From NCBI GenBank assembly GCA_038063055.1, contig JBBTVY010000005.1, forward strand, positions 2,444 to 66,443: a stretch of 64,000 nt of DNA, given 5' to 3'. Numbering within the stretch: position 1 is the first letter of the stretch; every line of letters begins with the position of its first letter. This document shows positions 1 to 9,914 of this stretch, piece after piece. The position numbers and the translations under genes are program-made. The notes under the pieces are model-generated. The model had not been told where the DNA came from and searched no databases. It was given only the letters and a program-made list of their open reading frames with translations. This stretch comes from Patescibacteria group bacterium. Its GTDB lineage: Bacteria > Patescibacteriota > Minisyncoccia > UBA6257 > 2-01-FULL-56-20.

Positions 1-124
1 TTGGATGTGGCGGGCTTGGCCAGATTATTCGGGAAAAGAAAATTTCTGGCATAGCCGTCGCTGACATCCTTCACTTCGAGGCGCTTTCCTATATTCCTGA
101 CGTCTTCGGTTAAAATAACTTTCA

Positions 125-1390
125 TTAAGATTTATTTGCTATTTCCTGCTTTATAATTTCCATGGCTTTGTCGAGCTGCGGGTCGCGTTTATTTTGAAAA
201 TCTTCGTCGGTCATTTTCACTTCAATGTCGGGATCCAGTCCCTCATTTTCAAGTATCTTTCCGTTCGGCAAAACCCAGTGCGCTATGGTCAGTTTTATCG
301 TCGAACCGTCAGCCAGCGATATCAGGCGCTGAACAGTGCCTTTTCCGAAACTTTTTTCGCCGATAAGTTTTATTCCCCTGTCGTCGTGAAGCGCTCCCGC
401 CAGAATTTCGGCGGCCGAAGCTGAACCGCCGTTTATGAGAACCACGACCGGAAAATCGGCCAGGGCGCCGTTTCCGTTCGCCCGTAATTCTTCAATATTC
501 CCGTCCCTGGATTCTTCCTTAACTATCAACGTGTTTTTCGGCAAGAACCAGCCGCCGAGATCAACGGCGACTTCCAGATACCCTCCCGGGTTGTTCCGCA
601 AATCCAAAATCATGCCTTTGGCGCCGCCCGAAAAAGCTTTCGAAGCCGCTTCGTAGAAAAGATATCCCGCGTTGGCGTTAAAGCTGTAAAGCTGAACATA
701 AGCGACTTCGCCGTCTTTCATCGCGAAGTCGAGTGTAGGCACGGTTATCGTCCCGCGGGTTATTTTAAAATCTTTCGGTTGGTCCCAGTCGTCACGCAAT
801 ATCGAAAGCGTTACTTCCGTGTTTTCCGGGCCGCGTATCATCCTAACGGCCTCGTCGACGGCCATTCCGTCCGTAGATGTGGAATTTACTTTAAGTATGA
901 TGTCGCCCGGTTTCAGGCCGGCTTTGCTGGCCGGAGTATCTTTTAGCGGAGCCACAATGACAATTTGATTTTTCTTTACGCCGATTTCGGCGCCGATGCC
1001 TCCGAAATTGCCCTGCACGTCTTGTTGAAATTTTTCGTTGTCGTTCGGGGAAAGAAAAATTGAATACGGGTCCTTGAGAGATTCTACAAGTCCGCTTATC
1101 GCGCCGTATACTTTATTCTGGGCGCCGATTTTGTCGGCTCTCAGATAATTATTATTAACCGCCTCCCAGGCCTGCCAGAAAGTTCCGAAATTTACGGCCG
1201 ACGGCTGTCCCGAAAAAGTATTGGTTAATTCTTTTACGATTATGGTTTGCGGAAACATCTCGCCTGACCTGAACCCTAGAGCGAAACCGCTGGCTATAAA
1301 AGCCGCGGCCGCTACGGCCGCCAAAACCCACCAAACTATTTTTTTGCCGGCATGGAGTTTCCTCTTTACGGAGTGGAGTATATTTTTCAT
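125..1390 (-). CDS. Carboxy-terminal processing (tail-specific) protease, S41 family, with PDZ domain
   Basis: N-terminal TM segment; PDZ-like '[40 protein letters not shown]'; S41 catalytic-region similarity '[13 protein letters not shown]'. Confidence 0.8.
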   Translation of the reverse strand: MKNILHSVKRKLHAGKKIVWWVLAAVAAAAFIASGFALGFRSGEMFPQTIIVKELTNTFSGQPSAVNFGTFWQAWEAVNNNYLRADKIGAQNKVYGAISGLVESLKDPYSIFLSPNDNEKFQQDVQGNFGGIGAEIGVKKNQIVIVAPLKDTPASKAGLKPGDIILKVNSTSTDGMAVDEAVRMIRGPENTEVTLSILRDDWDQPKDFKITRGTITVPTLDFAMKDGEVAYVQLYSFNANAGYLFYEAASKAFSGGAKGMILDLRNNPGGYLEVAVDLGGWFLPKNTLIVKEESRDGNIEELRANGNGALADFPVVVLINGGSASAAEILAGALHDDRGIKLIGEKSFGKGTVQRLISLADGSTIKLTIAHWVLPNGKILENEGLDPDIEVKMTDEDFQNKRDPQLDKAMEIIKQEIANKS

Positions 1391-1492
1391 ATTGCTTAGT
1401 CAGTAAATTTTACAACCGACGCTCTTTTTTCGCAAATAAAAGACAGTATCAATATAAATTGAAATTTTCTGAAAATGCCTTAGAATGAAGCC

Positions 1493-1786
1493 GTGGCGCT
1501 TACGGAAGATTATATTAAAGAGCTCAGAAAAAGAGCCAGCCAATCCAAGGTTTACAGGAAATATCAGTTGGTGGGACTTGAAATATCCCAGCTTCTCGAA
1601 GACGAAGAACATAAGTCGCTATACATAAAGCTTGCAAAGCAAAACGACGCCGACAGGCTTCTTGCCATAGCAAAAGACATATCACAGAAAAAAAACGTCA
1701 AAAATAAAGGCGCTTATTTCATGAAAGTATGCCAGGCAGTGAAAATTCGACAGAAACAGCAATTACAAAATAAAGCAAAACTGTGA
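1493..1786 (+). CDS. Hypothetical lysine-rich small protein
   Basis: ORF only; no recognisable motif; start uncertain. Confidence 0.3.
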   Translation: MALTEDYIKELRKRASQSKVYRKYQLVGLEISQLLEDEEHKSLYIKLAKQNDADRLLAIAKDISQKKNVKNKGAYFMKVCQAVKIRQKQQLQNKAKL

Positions 1787-1926
1787 TTTAAAAATAATCG
1801 TCAGATAAATAAACAACATTAAAATACTAAGACACGAAAACAGTCGAATTCCTGTTGCCTGGTATGGTTCTGCCTGGTATGGTTTGATGCGACTCACCAT
1901 AAATGTTTCGATAAAACTCAACATAA

Positions 1927-2523
1927 ATGGAAGACAAAATCCTAATTGTAGAAAATAAAAAAGAGGAGAAATTTTTGCGGACAAAAATCCGGGAATTCGA
2001 TTTCAAAAAATTTACCAAGCGCGAAATAAACGACTTTGTCGGGCGGATGAAGAAAGCGATGAAACTGGCCAATGGAATCGGATTGAGCGCGAACCAGATT
2101 GGTCTGGATATGAGGGTTTTTGTCGCCCAAGTTCCTAAAACGCGGATTAACGCAGATGAAACGCAGATAGGCGCAGATGGTATCCGCGAAAATCCGCGTA
2201 AGCATCAGCGGGAATCAGCGTTTTACGCTATTTTCAATCCTGAAATAATAAAATTCTCCAAAGAAAAGACCCGACTGGAAGAAGGATGTTTGAGTATTCC
2301 GAAGGTTTACGGAAGCGTTGAACGCCCGGAAAAATTGACATTGGCCGGGTTCGACAAAAGCGGAAAAAAAATAAAAATAAAAGCATGGGGTCTTTTGGCC
2401 AAAGTTTTCCAGCATGAAATGGACCATTTGAACGGAAAACTTTTCATAGACAGAGCGGATAAAATATATCGCGTCCCCTCTTCCGAACGCCTGAAGGAAC
2501 GTCTCAAAGACCTCGAAAATTAA
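1927..2523 (+). CDS. def: Peptide deformylase
   Basis: The three PDF motifs 'GIGLSANQIG', 'EGCLSIP' and 'HEMDHLNG'. Contains an insertion between motifs 1 and 2. Confidence 0.85.
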   Translation: MEDKILIVENKKEEKFLRTKIREFDFKKFTKREINDFVGRMKKAMKLANGIGLSANQIGLDMRVFVAQVPKTRINADETQIGADGIRENPRKHQRESAFYAIFNPEIIKFSKEKTRLEEGCLSIPKVYGSVERPEKLTLAGFDKSGKKIKIKAWGLLAKVFQHEMDHLNGKLFIDRADKIYRVPSSERLKERLKDLEN

Positions 2524-2531
2524 AAACTAAT

Positions 2532-3383
2532 ATGAAGTACGTTTTCTTCGGCACGCCTGAATTTGCGGCCATTATAATTGAAAAGCTCGCGGATGCGGGT
2601 TTAATGCCGGCGGCCGTGATTTCAAACCCCGACAGACCCGCGGGAAGGAAAAAGATAATGACCCCTCCTCCGGCGAAGCTAATCGCAAACAGAAAGAACC
2701 TGAAAATTCTTCAGCCGGAAAATCCATCTTCGATAATCGAGGAATTATCGGAATTAAAAGCGGATTTTTTTGTCGTCGCGGCATACGCGAAAATACTTCC
2801 GAAAGAAATAATTGGTATCCCCCGACTTGGAACAATAGGCGTTCACCCTTCTCTTTTGCCGAAGTACCGGGGGGCTTCTCCAATTCAAAGCGTTATTCTG
2901 GCCGGAGAAACTGAAACTGGAGTTACCCTTTATCTAATGGACGAGAAAATGGACCATGGGCCAATTCTCGAAAATTCCAAATTCCAAATTCCAAATTCCA
3001 AAATTACTTACGAGAAATTGCTTAAGGAGTTGGCGGAGCTAGCCGGCAATTTGCTTGTCGAAACATTGCCAAAATTTTTAAGCGGAAAAATAAAGCCGGT
3101 GCCGCAAAACGAATCTGAGGCGACTTACACAAATAAAATATCCACCAAAGACGCCTTTGTGGACGAAAAAAAACTTGAGGAGGCGGTCGGCGGCAAAAAT
3201 ACCAAAGCCGCTCAAGAGATAGACAAAAAAATAAGAGCGCTTACGCCAGAGCCGGGTGTTTGGACCCTTCGACAAGCTCAGGGCAAGCAGCAAAGAGTAA
3301 AGCTTTTGGAGGCCGAATTTGCCGGCGGAAAATTAACTCTCAAAAAGATTCAAATCGAAGGCCAAAAGCCCAAAACCGCATAA
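2532..3383 (+). CDS. fmt: Methionyl-tRNA formyltransferase
   Basis: N-terminal 'VFFGTPEFA' and 'HPSLLPKYRGASPIQ' formyltransferase motifs; adjacent to def. Confidence 0.85.
   Translation: MKYVFFGTPEFAAIIIEKLADAGLMPAAVISNPDRPAGRKKIMTPPPAKLIANRKNLKILQPENPSSIIEELSELKADFFVVAAYAKILPKEIIGIPRLGTIGVHPSLLPKYRGASPIQSVILAGETETGVTLYLMDEKMDHGPILENSKFQIPNSKITYEKLLKELAELAGNLLVETLPKFLSGKIKPVPQNESEATYTNKISTKDAFVDEKKLEEAVGGKNTKAAQEIDKKIRALTPEPGVWTLRQAQGKQQRVKLLEAEFAGGKLTLKKIQIEGQKPKTA
2975..3003 (+). repeat. Tandem heptamer (CCAAATT)x3-4 inside fmt coding sequence
   Basis: 'ccaaattccaaattccaaattccaaaatt' is in frame and encodes 'KFQIPNSK'. Confidence 0.8.
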
Positions 3384-3458
3384 TTTTATTACCTGTCCAC
3401 AGAATATCTCTCCGACGGCGGTCGGCGGTGATACCGCGCCGCTCTGCGGCGCGGTTAT

Positions 3459-5579
3459 TCATTTTTCCGCGGATTCGGCTGTCTCCCAAATTTCTTTGTT
3501 CACATATTGACTTACAGTTTCAAGGTCATTGAGTAATTTCTCCTCGCGCATCTTTTCCTCCACGGAAAGTTCATTTTTGAGTTTGGCGCGGCGCATTAGG
3601 TCAAGTTCCAATTCTATATCCTTTCGCAGAACGGCGAAACCCCTCTTTATCGAATCCTCGGCGTCCTTGATTGCTTGTTTTAGGCGCTGGTTTTTGAGAC
3701 GGACATGGTAACCATGATAAAGCACGAATGCCAACAACCCCACGAAAGCAAGCGCGAAGATAATGAGTAAAAACAGGTAGAAATCCTCATAACTTAAGCG
3801 GGCGCCGCCTATCTGGATAGCTGTTTTGGCAACCAGGAGGTCGAATTTAGGGCTTGGGGGACTCACATCATTGGCAACTTTAAGCTGTGTCCAAGCAATG
3901 TAGCGGCTGGCTTCCAAAAATCGCGGGAAAGAGTAGAACCAAGCGCCGTTTTCATCGGTAACCGCCACCCGATTTTCCGTGGCTCCGGTGTCAATGTTTT
4001 GCAGATAGATTAAAACCTGGGCTTGGGGCACTCCGGCATTGCCGCCGATATAGAGAATTTCATCATTGGAAATTGACTTTGGGAAAAGAGTTACCACCGG
4101 AGGGTCCAGACGAACGTTGCTTAGAGAATCCTCGGCGGCTTGGGCGTGAAGGGTAAGAATACCGAAATTCACGACAAACATCAGATAAATAAGCATTAAA
4201 CCCTTATCCACGCCCCCTTCGCCGAAGCCAGGGCGAGGAGGCGAGCCGTAATCTTTTTGTTTTTCTTTGAGTTCGGCCAGCTTCCCGGAGATATTGGGAT
4301 GTTTCAAAATGTCCTTGACAAGGTATTTATCGATTTGCAGATGTCGTTTCCAGATCCATATCATTAAATAAACCATTAATCCTAAAAGAGCCAGGGCTAA
4401 AATCAAAACGTATGGCCACCCGAAGGTAACCCCGCCGACACTCAATCCCCCCGAATAGATAACTCCCAAGAAAGGCGCGGTTATTGTAAGTTTGCTCTCT
4501 GCTTGAAAGTAGTTGCCCGCCTGGTCGTAGGCGCGGACGACAATGTCGTATTTGCCTTGGTCTAAAACCCTTGAATATGGCGAATAAGCTTCGATAAAGA
4601 ACGGCGTGGTATTTTGGGCAACCAGGGCTTCCGGCAAATCCAAAGATATAATCTTCAGTTCATAGTGGTTTATCCCGGACACAACATCGGTTGTGACAAA
4701 ATCTATAATCGGGCGGTTGTTGGAAGTAATATGGCCTGGTGAAAAATTAAGTTTGAAAGCGGCAGGCGGCGTGTTATCAACTCGAATCACGTAATCGGTA
4801 ATGCCGCCCCAAGCGCCTTGCCGCAGACTTTTAATGTGGAAATAATAAACGCCGTCGGCAAGATTATTATAAACAACGCGATTTCGCGCTTCCTCCGATA
4901 TGTCATCGGGTTCGCCCCCTGGTTCCTGGTCCAGGACATAGCTGTATCCCTGTATATCGGGCGGCGCCGTCCATTCCAGCGTCACAGTTTTTGTGTTGTA
5001 CCACTTCTCCTGGTCAATGTTAGTGCGGGAAGTGACAGTCGGCCCCTGCGGCGGCGGCAGGGTGAGATAGTAAATCCCGTTCGTAGTTTGGCCCAACGTG
5101 TCAGTTCCGCGGCCGTCATTCAGAAGCACTTTCGAATCATCCAAGATTTTCAAAACGGCAGTACCGGTGCTTTTTACGCGAAAAGTAACGGTGGAAAGCA
5201 AACCGGCGTCGGTGTTGATGCCGGGAGTCGGAATAGTTCCCTGGAACTTAAGCGTGCCGTCGGTATTGGAATAGCTTGGTTGAACGACCCAAATCTGGAT
5301 TAAAGATTTTCCCGTTGTCGGTGAAACCACCTGAAGTTTATCCGCCGGAAAACTTAGGTCCGCCTCAATCGCGTTTATTGCCTGACCGCCGGTATTGACA
5401 TAGATTGAGACCGTAAAAGTGCCGCCTAAGGTAAAAGTTCCCGATGGCGGGGCCACGTAAAGAGAGGCGGCCGCCTCGGCGGAAACTCCGGAGAAAAACA
5501 TAAAAAACGCGGCAAGCAAAATAGCGGTCTTTGCCGCTATCTCGTGGATTTTCGCCAAGTAATTCATGCGTTCAAACAA
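3459..5579 (-). CDS. Membrane-anchored surface protein with N-terminal cohesin-like domain, Ig/FN3-like region, two TM helices and a cytoplasmic coiled-coil tail
   Basis: Signal/TM at N-terminus. Cohesin-like pattern 'LYVAPPSGTFTLGGTFTVSIYVNTGGQAINAIEADLSFPADKLQVVSP...GTDGTLKFQGTIP'. Hydrophobic helices 'YVLILALALLGLMVYLMIWIW' and 'LFLLIIFALAFVGLLAFVLY'. K/E-rich C-terminus. Confidence 0.6.
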   Translation of the reverse strand: MFERMNYLAKIHEIAAKTAILLAAFFMFFSGVSAEAAASLYVAPPSGTFTLGGTFTVSIYVNTGGQAINAIEADLSFPADKLQVVSPTTGKSLIQIWVVQPSYSNTDGTLKFQGTIPTPGINTDAGLLSTVTFRVKSTGTAVLKILDDSKVLLNDGRGTDTLGQTTNGIYYLTLPPPQGPTVTSRTNIDQEKWYNTKTVTLEWTAPPDIQGYSYVLDQEPGGEPDDISEEARNRVVYNNLADGVYYFHIKSLRQGAWGGITDYVIRVDNTPPAAFKLNFSPGHITSNNRPIIDFVTTDVVSGINHYELKIISLDLPEALVAQNTTPFFIEAYSPYSRVLDQGKYDIVVRAYDQAGNYFQAESKLTITAPFLGVIYSGGLSVGGVTFGWPYVLILALALLGLMVYLMIWIWKRHLQIDKYLVKDILKHPNISGKLAELKEKQKDYGSPPRPGFGEGGVDKGLMLIYLMFVVNFGILTLHAQAAEDSLSNVRLDPPVVTLFPKSISNDEILYIGGNAGVPQAQVLIYLQNIDTGATENRVAVTDENGAWFYSFPRFLEASRYIAWTQLKVANDVSPPSPKFDLLVAKTAIQIGGARLSYEDFYLFLLIIFALAFVGLLAFVLYHGYHVRLKNQRLKQAIKDAEDSIKRGFAVLRKDIELELDLMRRAKLKNELSVEEKMREEKLLNDLETVSQYVNKEIWETAESAEK

Positions 5580-6507
5580 GGCGTTTCTTTAAAAATATTA
5601 GTACTATCAACGACAATATTATTATAATCCAAATCAAATTCTGTTTATACCAAGGCTGTGGATACCGGGGCGGCAAAACCGATATTCTTGAATTTCCCGA
5701 TTTATCCACTGCTTTAACAGTTATATCTTTATCAAGCGATTGGTATTTCAAAAGATAGGGGCTTTCGGCGACAATAAAATGGTCGGCTCCTTCTTTTACC
5801 TCATAATGGTCTATGCCGCTTCCTTTGTCTTGGGCGTTGAACGCCAAAAACCATTTCCCATCAAGAACAGATTGGTCGTTGCTTACAATCGGGGAAAACG
5901 GGTCGGGCGGAATCGTATCGGCAGGCAAGAGAAGATTGTCTGCTACGGGTGCCTCGGATATCATAAAACTAAGTGCGGAAACTTTAGTTTTTGCGGCAGT
6001 TCCGAGTCCGTCGTTTAGAAACGCTTTCACGTCTTTCATCGAAATCAGTCCGTCCGTGACCCTATCCCCTTTTACAACGAAAGAAAATAGAAATCCTTTT
6101 ATGCCATTATATCCTCCAGGTATTATGCCGGAAAAGAAAATTTCTCCGTCGCCGGAAAGATGCGGCTTTTCCACCCACAAATTGACTATGGAATTGCCGT
6201 CGTGTATTTCCTTTAAATCGAGAATGTCGTGCGGGAACACAACTTTTCCCTGAACCGCATTTATTCTCTCATAATCGGAATTGAGGAAAACGGATACTTC
6301 GAAAAGCTGTCCCACTGCTGCGGTATTGGCCAGCGATGAAAATTCAAAAGTGGCGGCCCGGGCTGTTGATAATGTGCCAGCCGCGATAGACAAAGCAAGC
6401 AAAAAAGCAACAGCAATACGCAATGTCTGTGAATTTGAAATTTTGAATCTGGAATTTGGCATAAATGATTTATAATTAGAATTCTCTAGTTTTTTTAATA
6501 AAAGCAT
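5572..6507 (-). CDS. Cohesin-like domain protein with C-terminal TM anchor, paralogue of the adjacent gene
   Basis: Signal peptide. 'ATFEFSSLANTAAVGQLFEVSVFLNSDYERINAVQGKVVFPHDILDL' parallels the N-terminus of 3459..5579. C-terminal 'LIWIIIILSLIVLIFL'. 8-nt overlap with the downstream gene. Confidence 0.55.
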   Translation of the reverse strand: MLLLKKLENSNYKSFMPNSRFKISNSQTLRIAVAFLLALSIAAGTLSTARAATFEFSSLANTAAVGQLFEVSVFLNSDYERINAVQGKVVFPHDILDLKEIHDGNSIVNLWVEKPHLSGDGEIFFSGIIPGGYNGIKGFLFSFVVKGDRVTDGLISMKDVKAFLNDGLGTAAKTKVSALSFMISEAPVADNLLLPADTIPPDPFSPIVSNDQSVLDGKWFLAFNAQDKGSGIDHYEVKEGADHFIVAESPYLLKYQSLDKDITVKAVDKSGNSRISVLPPRYPQPWYKQNLIWIIIILSLIVLIFLKKRLV

Positions 6508-6853
6508 TTAGCAACTTATGAACGACAATTGACTGCTTCGAGAGATTGTCAAAATCTTCAGAATTAATATATTTAATGTCCCGCGCTATCAAAATTTGAT
6601 TTTGTAATTCTGTCAACGAGCCATGAGATATTGAATAGAATTGGATTTTCTCTTTCGCAGAATGTCTGGAAAACCCTTCGGCAATATTGGAAGTTATAGA
6701 AACCGCTGCGCGCCTAAGCTGTGAAATCAACCCAAAAGTTTCTTCTCTTGGAAAAGATTTAGTTAAACCATAAATCATTAAAACTAGTTTATGGGATTCT
6801 CTCCATACCTCTAAATCGGTAAATGATTTTATTTTGCTAATGCTATATTCCAT
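6476..6853 (-). CDS. Four-helix-bundle protein (23S rRNA intervening-sequence protein / Avd-like family)
   Basis: 125 aa. Motif 'EVWRESHKLVLMIYGLTKSFPREETFGLISQLRRAAVSITSNIAEGFSRHS' typical of TIGR02436/PF05635. Confidence 0.7.
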   Translation of the reverse strand: MEYSISKIKSFTDLEVWRESHKLVLMIYGLTKSFPREETFGLISQLRRAAVSITSNIAEGFSRHSAKEKIQFYSISHGSLTELQNQILIARDIKYINSEDFDNLSKQSIVVHKLLNAFIKKTREF

Positions 6854-6882
6854 ATTCTAAATTCTAAATTCCAGATTCCATA

Positions 6883-7986
6883 CTAACCTGTCCAGTAGAA
6901 CGCGAGTACGCTGAAATCGTCCAAATTAATCTTATTGTCGACTTTTAAGTCCAGACTGGATGGCGGATCCGAACGATTATACCAGTAGGCCAGTATCGAA
7001 AAATCGACAATGTTGATTTTGCAATCACCGTTCAGGTCCCTGAACAAGCTGGAACAGGAAACCTGCTGTTTGGCGGTCACATTTTTGGTTCCGACAATAA
7101 AGTTAACAATATTTCCGTAACCGCTGGCTTCAAGATTTCCTATGGAAGCTTTTGATTTCGCCGAGTACGAGCCATAATCGAGAACGGTCGTGTCGAAATT
7201 ATATAAATAAACTCCGTTCTTGTCCGAAATTGTCTTGCCAAAAAAATTTGGACTGGAAGATATCGTTATGACAATATCGGATTGCGGCGAACTTTGGCCG
7301 AAAATAATTATATCGTCCCCTCTTTTCACTTCCTCTTTGTCGACCTTGATTGTGGGCGCTATAAAAATACCGGTAACGTTCATGGTTATCCCATAAATCA
7401 CGCTGACCGGAAAAGCAAGGAGGCTGGAACGGACGTCGTTTTTGTCTTCGCCATAAAAAGAAAAAATATAATTTCCCGCGGAAATATTAGATAAGGTTAT
7501 CTGAAACAAAGCGTCGCTTCCGGCGATTGTCGTCGCCGCAACCTGAGCGTCTTTAAGAAGAGTCACTTCGCTTGAAGGATAGGCTCTTCCTGAAAAAACA
7601 ACTTGCGTCGGTGAGATAAAATATCCTCCCCCGCCACCAACGCCGACAACTCCACCACCGCCTCCGCCGCCAACGGTGCACGCGGAGGTGTCGAATGTGC
7701 AATCGACTTTACATCCTAAAATTCCTCCGCTAAATCCCTGACTGACGCAAGATTGTCCGCCAAGCGCGGCATCATCGCATTGCTCGCCTGCATCCAATAT
7801 CGCGTTTCCACACACTGAAGGAATCGAAGCGCTGATGTTTACGGAAGCCGCGAAAACAACTTGGTTATAATTTAGAAAATAGTCCGCCAAAGGCGTATCC
7901 GCTTCCGACGGAAAAACCAAAAATAAAATCGAGGCGAAAAATATTATCAGGGAAATCAATAAAAACCTGGAATAATTATTTGTCAT
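6883..7986 (-). CDS. Secreted/membrane-anchored Cys- and Gly-rich protein with C-terminal type-I dockerin module
   Basis: N-terminal TM. Cys-rich block 'CGNAILDAGEQCDD'; poly-Gly tract. Two dockerin Ca-binding repeats 'DLNGDCKINIVDFSILAYWY' and 'DLKVDNKINLDDFSVLAFYW'. Confidence 0.6.
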   Translation of the reverse strand: MTNNYSRFLLISLIIFFASILFLVFPSEADTPLADYFLNYNQVVFAASVNISASIPSVCGNAILDAGEQCDDAALGGQSCVSQGFSGGILGCKVDCTFDTSACTVGGGGGGGVVGVGGGGGYFISPTQVVFSGRAYPSSEVTLLKDAQVAATTIAGSDALFQITLSNISAGNYIFSFYGEDKNDVRSSLLAFPVSVIYGITMNVTGIFIAPTIKVDKEEVKRGDDIIIFGQSSPQSDIVITISSSPNFFGKTISDKNGVYLYNFDTTVLDYGSYSAKSKASIGNLEASGYGNIVNFIVGTKNVTAKQQVSCSSLFRDLNGDCKINIVDFSILAYWYNRSDPPSSLDLKVDNKINLDDFSVLAFYWTG

Positions 7987-8120
7987 TTATTTGTTGAATC
8001 TACGGGAATTAAAATTTTATGGGTTTCCATATCTTTTATTTTATTCCTTAATTTTCAAGATGCCAAAGCGCCCGCTTGATTAATCCGGACTTCTGAAAAT
8101 CGGTCATTCTTTCAAGATTT

Positions 8121-9092
8121 CTACTCCTTGTTTTCTATTTTCATATATCTCTCAATAACTCGCTGGTTATATTTTTTTACACCCCTCGTGGCTATCCAGA
8201 ATATCAAAAGCAACAGAAGCACGATGGGGACGATAATCTGCCAGGTCACCACGAAAAAACCGATTTCACCGTTAACCTGTTTATTCATGTTCCCGCCGTA
8301 ATTCAAAGACAAAACAGCCCTGTAAAAGCCGAATCCGAAGCCGCCCCATCCCGCTGATTCCGGAGTCGCTCTTATTTCTTTTTGGGAACGCGGGAGTATT
8401 TCCGCCCCATATCTGTTCACCGAAAGAATGGCGCTGGTTATTCCGAATACGTTTTTTATTACTATCTTTCCGCTCGGTTTAAGGTACACGTTGCCCGTGT
8501 TTTTAAAAACTATGTTGAAATTATCGGGTATTCGACTGAAAAGCCTGCTCCCGTCGGCGGTGTCGAATTTGTCTATCAGCGCGGTTTCCTGAATCTGGCC
8601 CGAAACATTCAGATAAACCAATATGCCCGCCCTGGTGACTATCGACGTGCCTCCGCCGCTGTTGTCGGGGGGTGAAGTTCCCCACCAGATGACCGCGAAA
8701 TGCCCGCCCGGCGGGGCGTCTTCGGGTATCTTTAAAATGTACGGCACGTCTTTGGATTCCCCGGTTTTTAGCGGCACGCCGTTTTCAATTTTAAACCAGG
8801 AACTCAAATCGGTGCGCTCGCCGGCCAAAAATTGTTTCTCGCCGTTCGTTTCCGTAAATTTTTCAAAAGAAGGATAAAGGGTCTGCTTTTCTCCTCCTTC
8901 GTTCATTAAAAAAAGTTTTCCTTCGATAACGCTCCCGGGGTCAAGACTGAATTCCATTTTAGCCGGGCCGACTGTCAGCGCCCTGGAAACATTCGGCAAA
9001 AAACCGGCGAACGCCAACAATGTCACGAAAATCGCCGAAAGAAACTTATTCTTCATTATGAAAAGAATACCACCCGCGAAGAGATTTTTCAA
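8121..9092 (-). CDS. Surface protein with signal peptide, Ig-like/PapD-like extracellular region and C-terminal TM anchor. Candidate assembly chaperone (DUF916-like)
   Basis: Signal 'FLSAIFVTLLAFAGFL'; beta-rich 'MEFSLDPGSVIEGKLFLMNEGGEKQTL'; C-terminal 'IIVPIVLLLLLIFWIA' followed by a basic tail. Confidence 0.45.
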   Translation of the reverse strand: MKNLFAGGILFIMKNKFLSAIFVTLLAFAGFLPNVSRALTVGPAKMEFSLDPGSVIEGKLFLMNEGGEKQTLYPSFEKFTETNGEKQFLAGERTDLSSWFKIENGVPLKTGESKDVPYILKIPEDAPPGGHFAVIWWGTSPPDNSGGGTSIVTRAGILVYLNVSGQIQETALIDKFDTADGSRLFSRIPDNFNIVFKNTGNVYLKPSGKIVIKNVFGITSAILSVNRYGAEILPRSQKEIRATPESAGWGGFGFGFYRAVLSLNYGGNMNKQVNGEIGFFVVTWQIIVPIVLLLLLIFWIATRGVKKYNQRVIERYMKIENKE

Positions 9093-9110
9093 CCGAACGA
9101 TTGAACTGGT

Positions 9111-9776
9111 TCAGTTAGCAAGGCAACTATAGGTGATAGTATCGACATACGTTGCGCCTGGAGTGGAAGAGGCAATGGCCGCGCCGTGAGTCACAATTAT
9201 TTCCCTGGCGCTTGTTGTGGCGCTCGTTGAGGCAAGAATTTGCGTGGTCGTAGTTAATCCTCCGAATATTAAAGTAGTTGTCGCGTAATTGTATCTTGGT
9301 CCCATTGAAAATTGTGCTCCCGCTCCGATGGTCGTTGTAGCCGACTGTACGCCGTATCCTTCCGTTCCTGCAGCGAGCGTTGCCGAAGCGTTAAAGGCCG
9401 CGTTAGGAGATTCGATAAGACTGTTACTGCTTGAAGAGTACAGTCCTCCGCCGGTCGTGCTGCTTCCGGTGTCGTTGATGCTCAAAGTGCAGCCGAGAGA
9501 ACTATTGGAGCAAGCCATCGTGCTGGAAACCTGTGGAGTTGAAGTCGAAATGCCGGTCAGGGTCCCGAACAAGGTGGTTGTCGTGCTGACGCTGCAGCTT
9601 ATGCTTACCGCCACCGAGGCGTTGACGTTCACGGCGGAAGAAGTGGCGGCGGTCGCGAATTCCGGCGAAATTGCCTGCCTGAGGAGGTCGCCGAACCAGC
9701 TTAAAACAACAAAAGCAAAAACCAAACCGATAGCCGACCAAAAACCGATGTTTTCTTTATTATTAAAACTCGTCAT
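9111..9776 (-). CDS. SCPU (spore coat protein U / Csu-type pilin) domain protein with N-terminal TM/signal
   Basis: 'ISCSVSTTTTLFG' (C..s....FG) and C-terminal 'GATYVDTITYSCLAN' (G.Y.DT.T motif). T/S/A-rich beta-protein. Confidence 0.55.
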   Translation of the reverse strand: MTSFNNKENIGFWSAIGLVFAFVVLSWFGDLLRQAISPEFATAATSSAVNVNASVAVSISCSVSTTTTLFGTLTGISTSTPQVSSTMACSNSSLGCTLSINDTGSSTTGGGLYSSSSNSLIESPNAAFNASATLAAGTEGYGVQSATTTIGAGAQFSMGPRYNYATTTLIFGGLTTTTQILASTSATTSAREIIVTHGAAIASSTPGATYVDTITYSCLAN

Positions 9777-9914
9777 TTGATTGAATTGATTTAATCAATG
9801 ATAATATGATGCTTTTCGACTTGGGTAGATTATAACATATGAGGTTTTAAGAAGATGTGGATAACTCCAACAGGGTAATAGGGTTTTAGGGGTTAGGGTA
9901 TAGAGTATGCGGAT

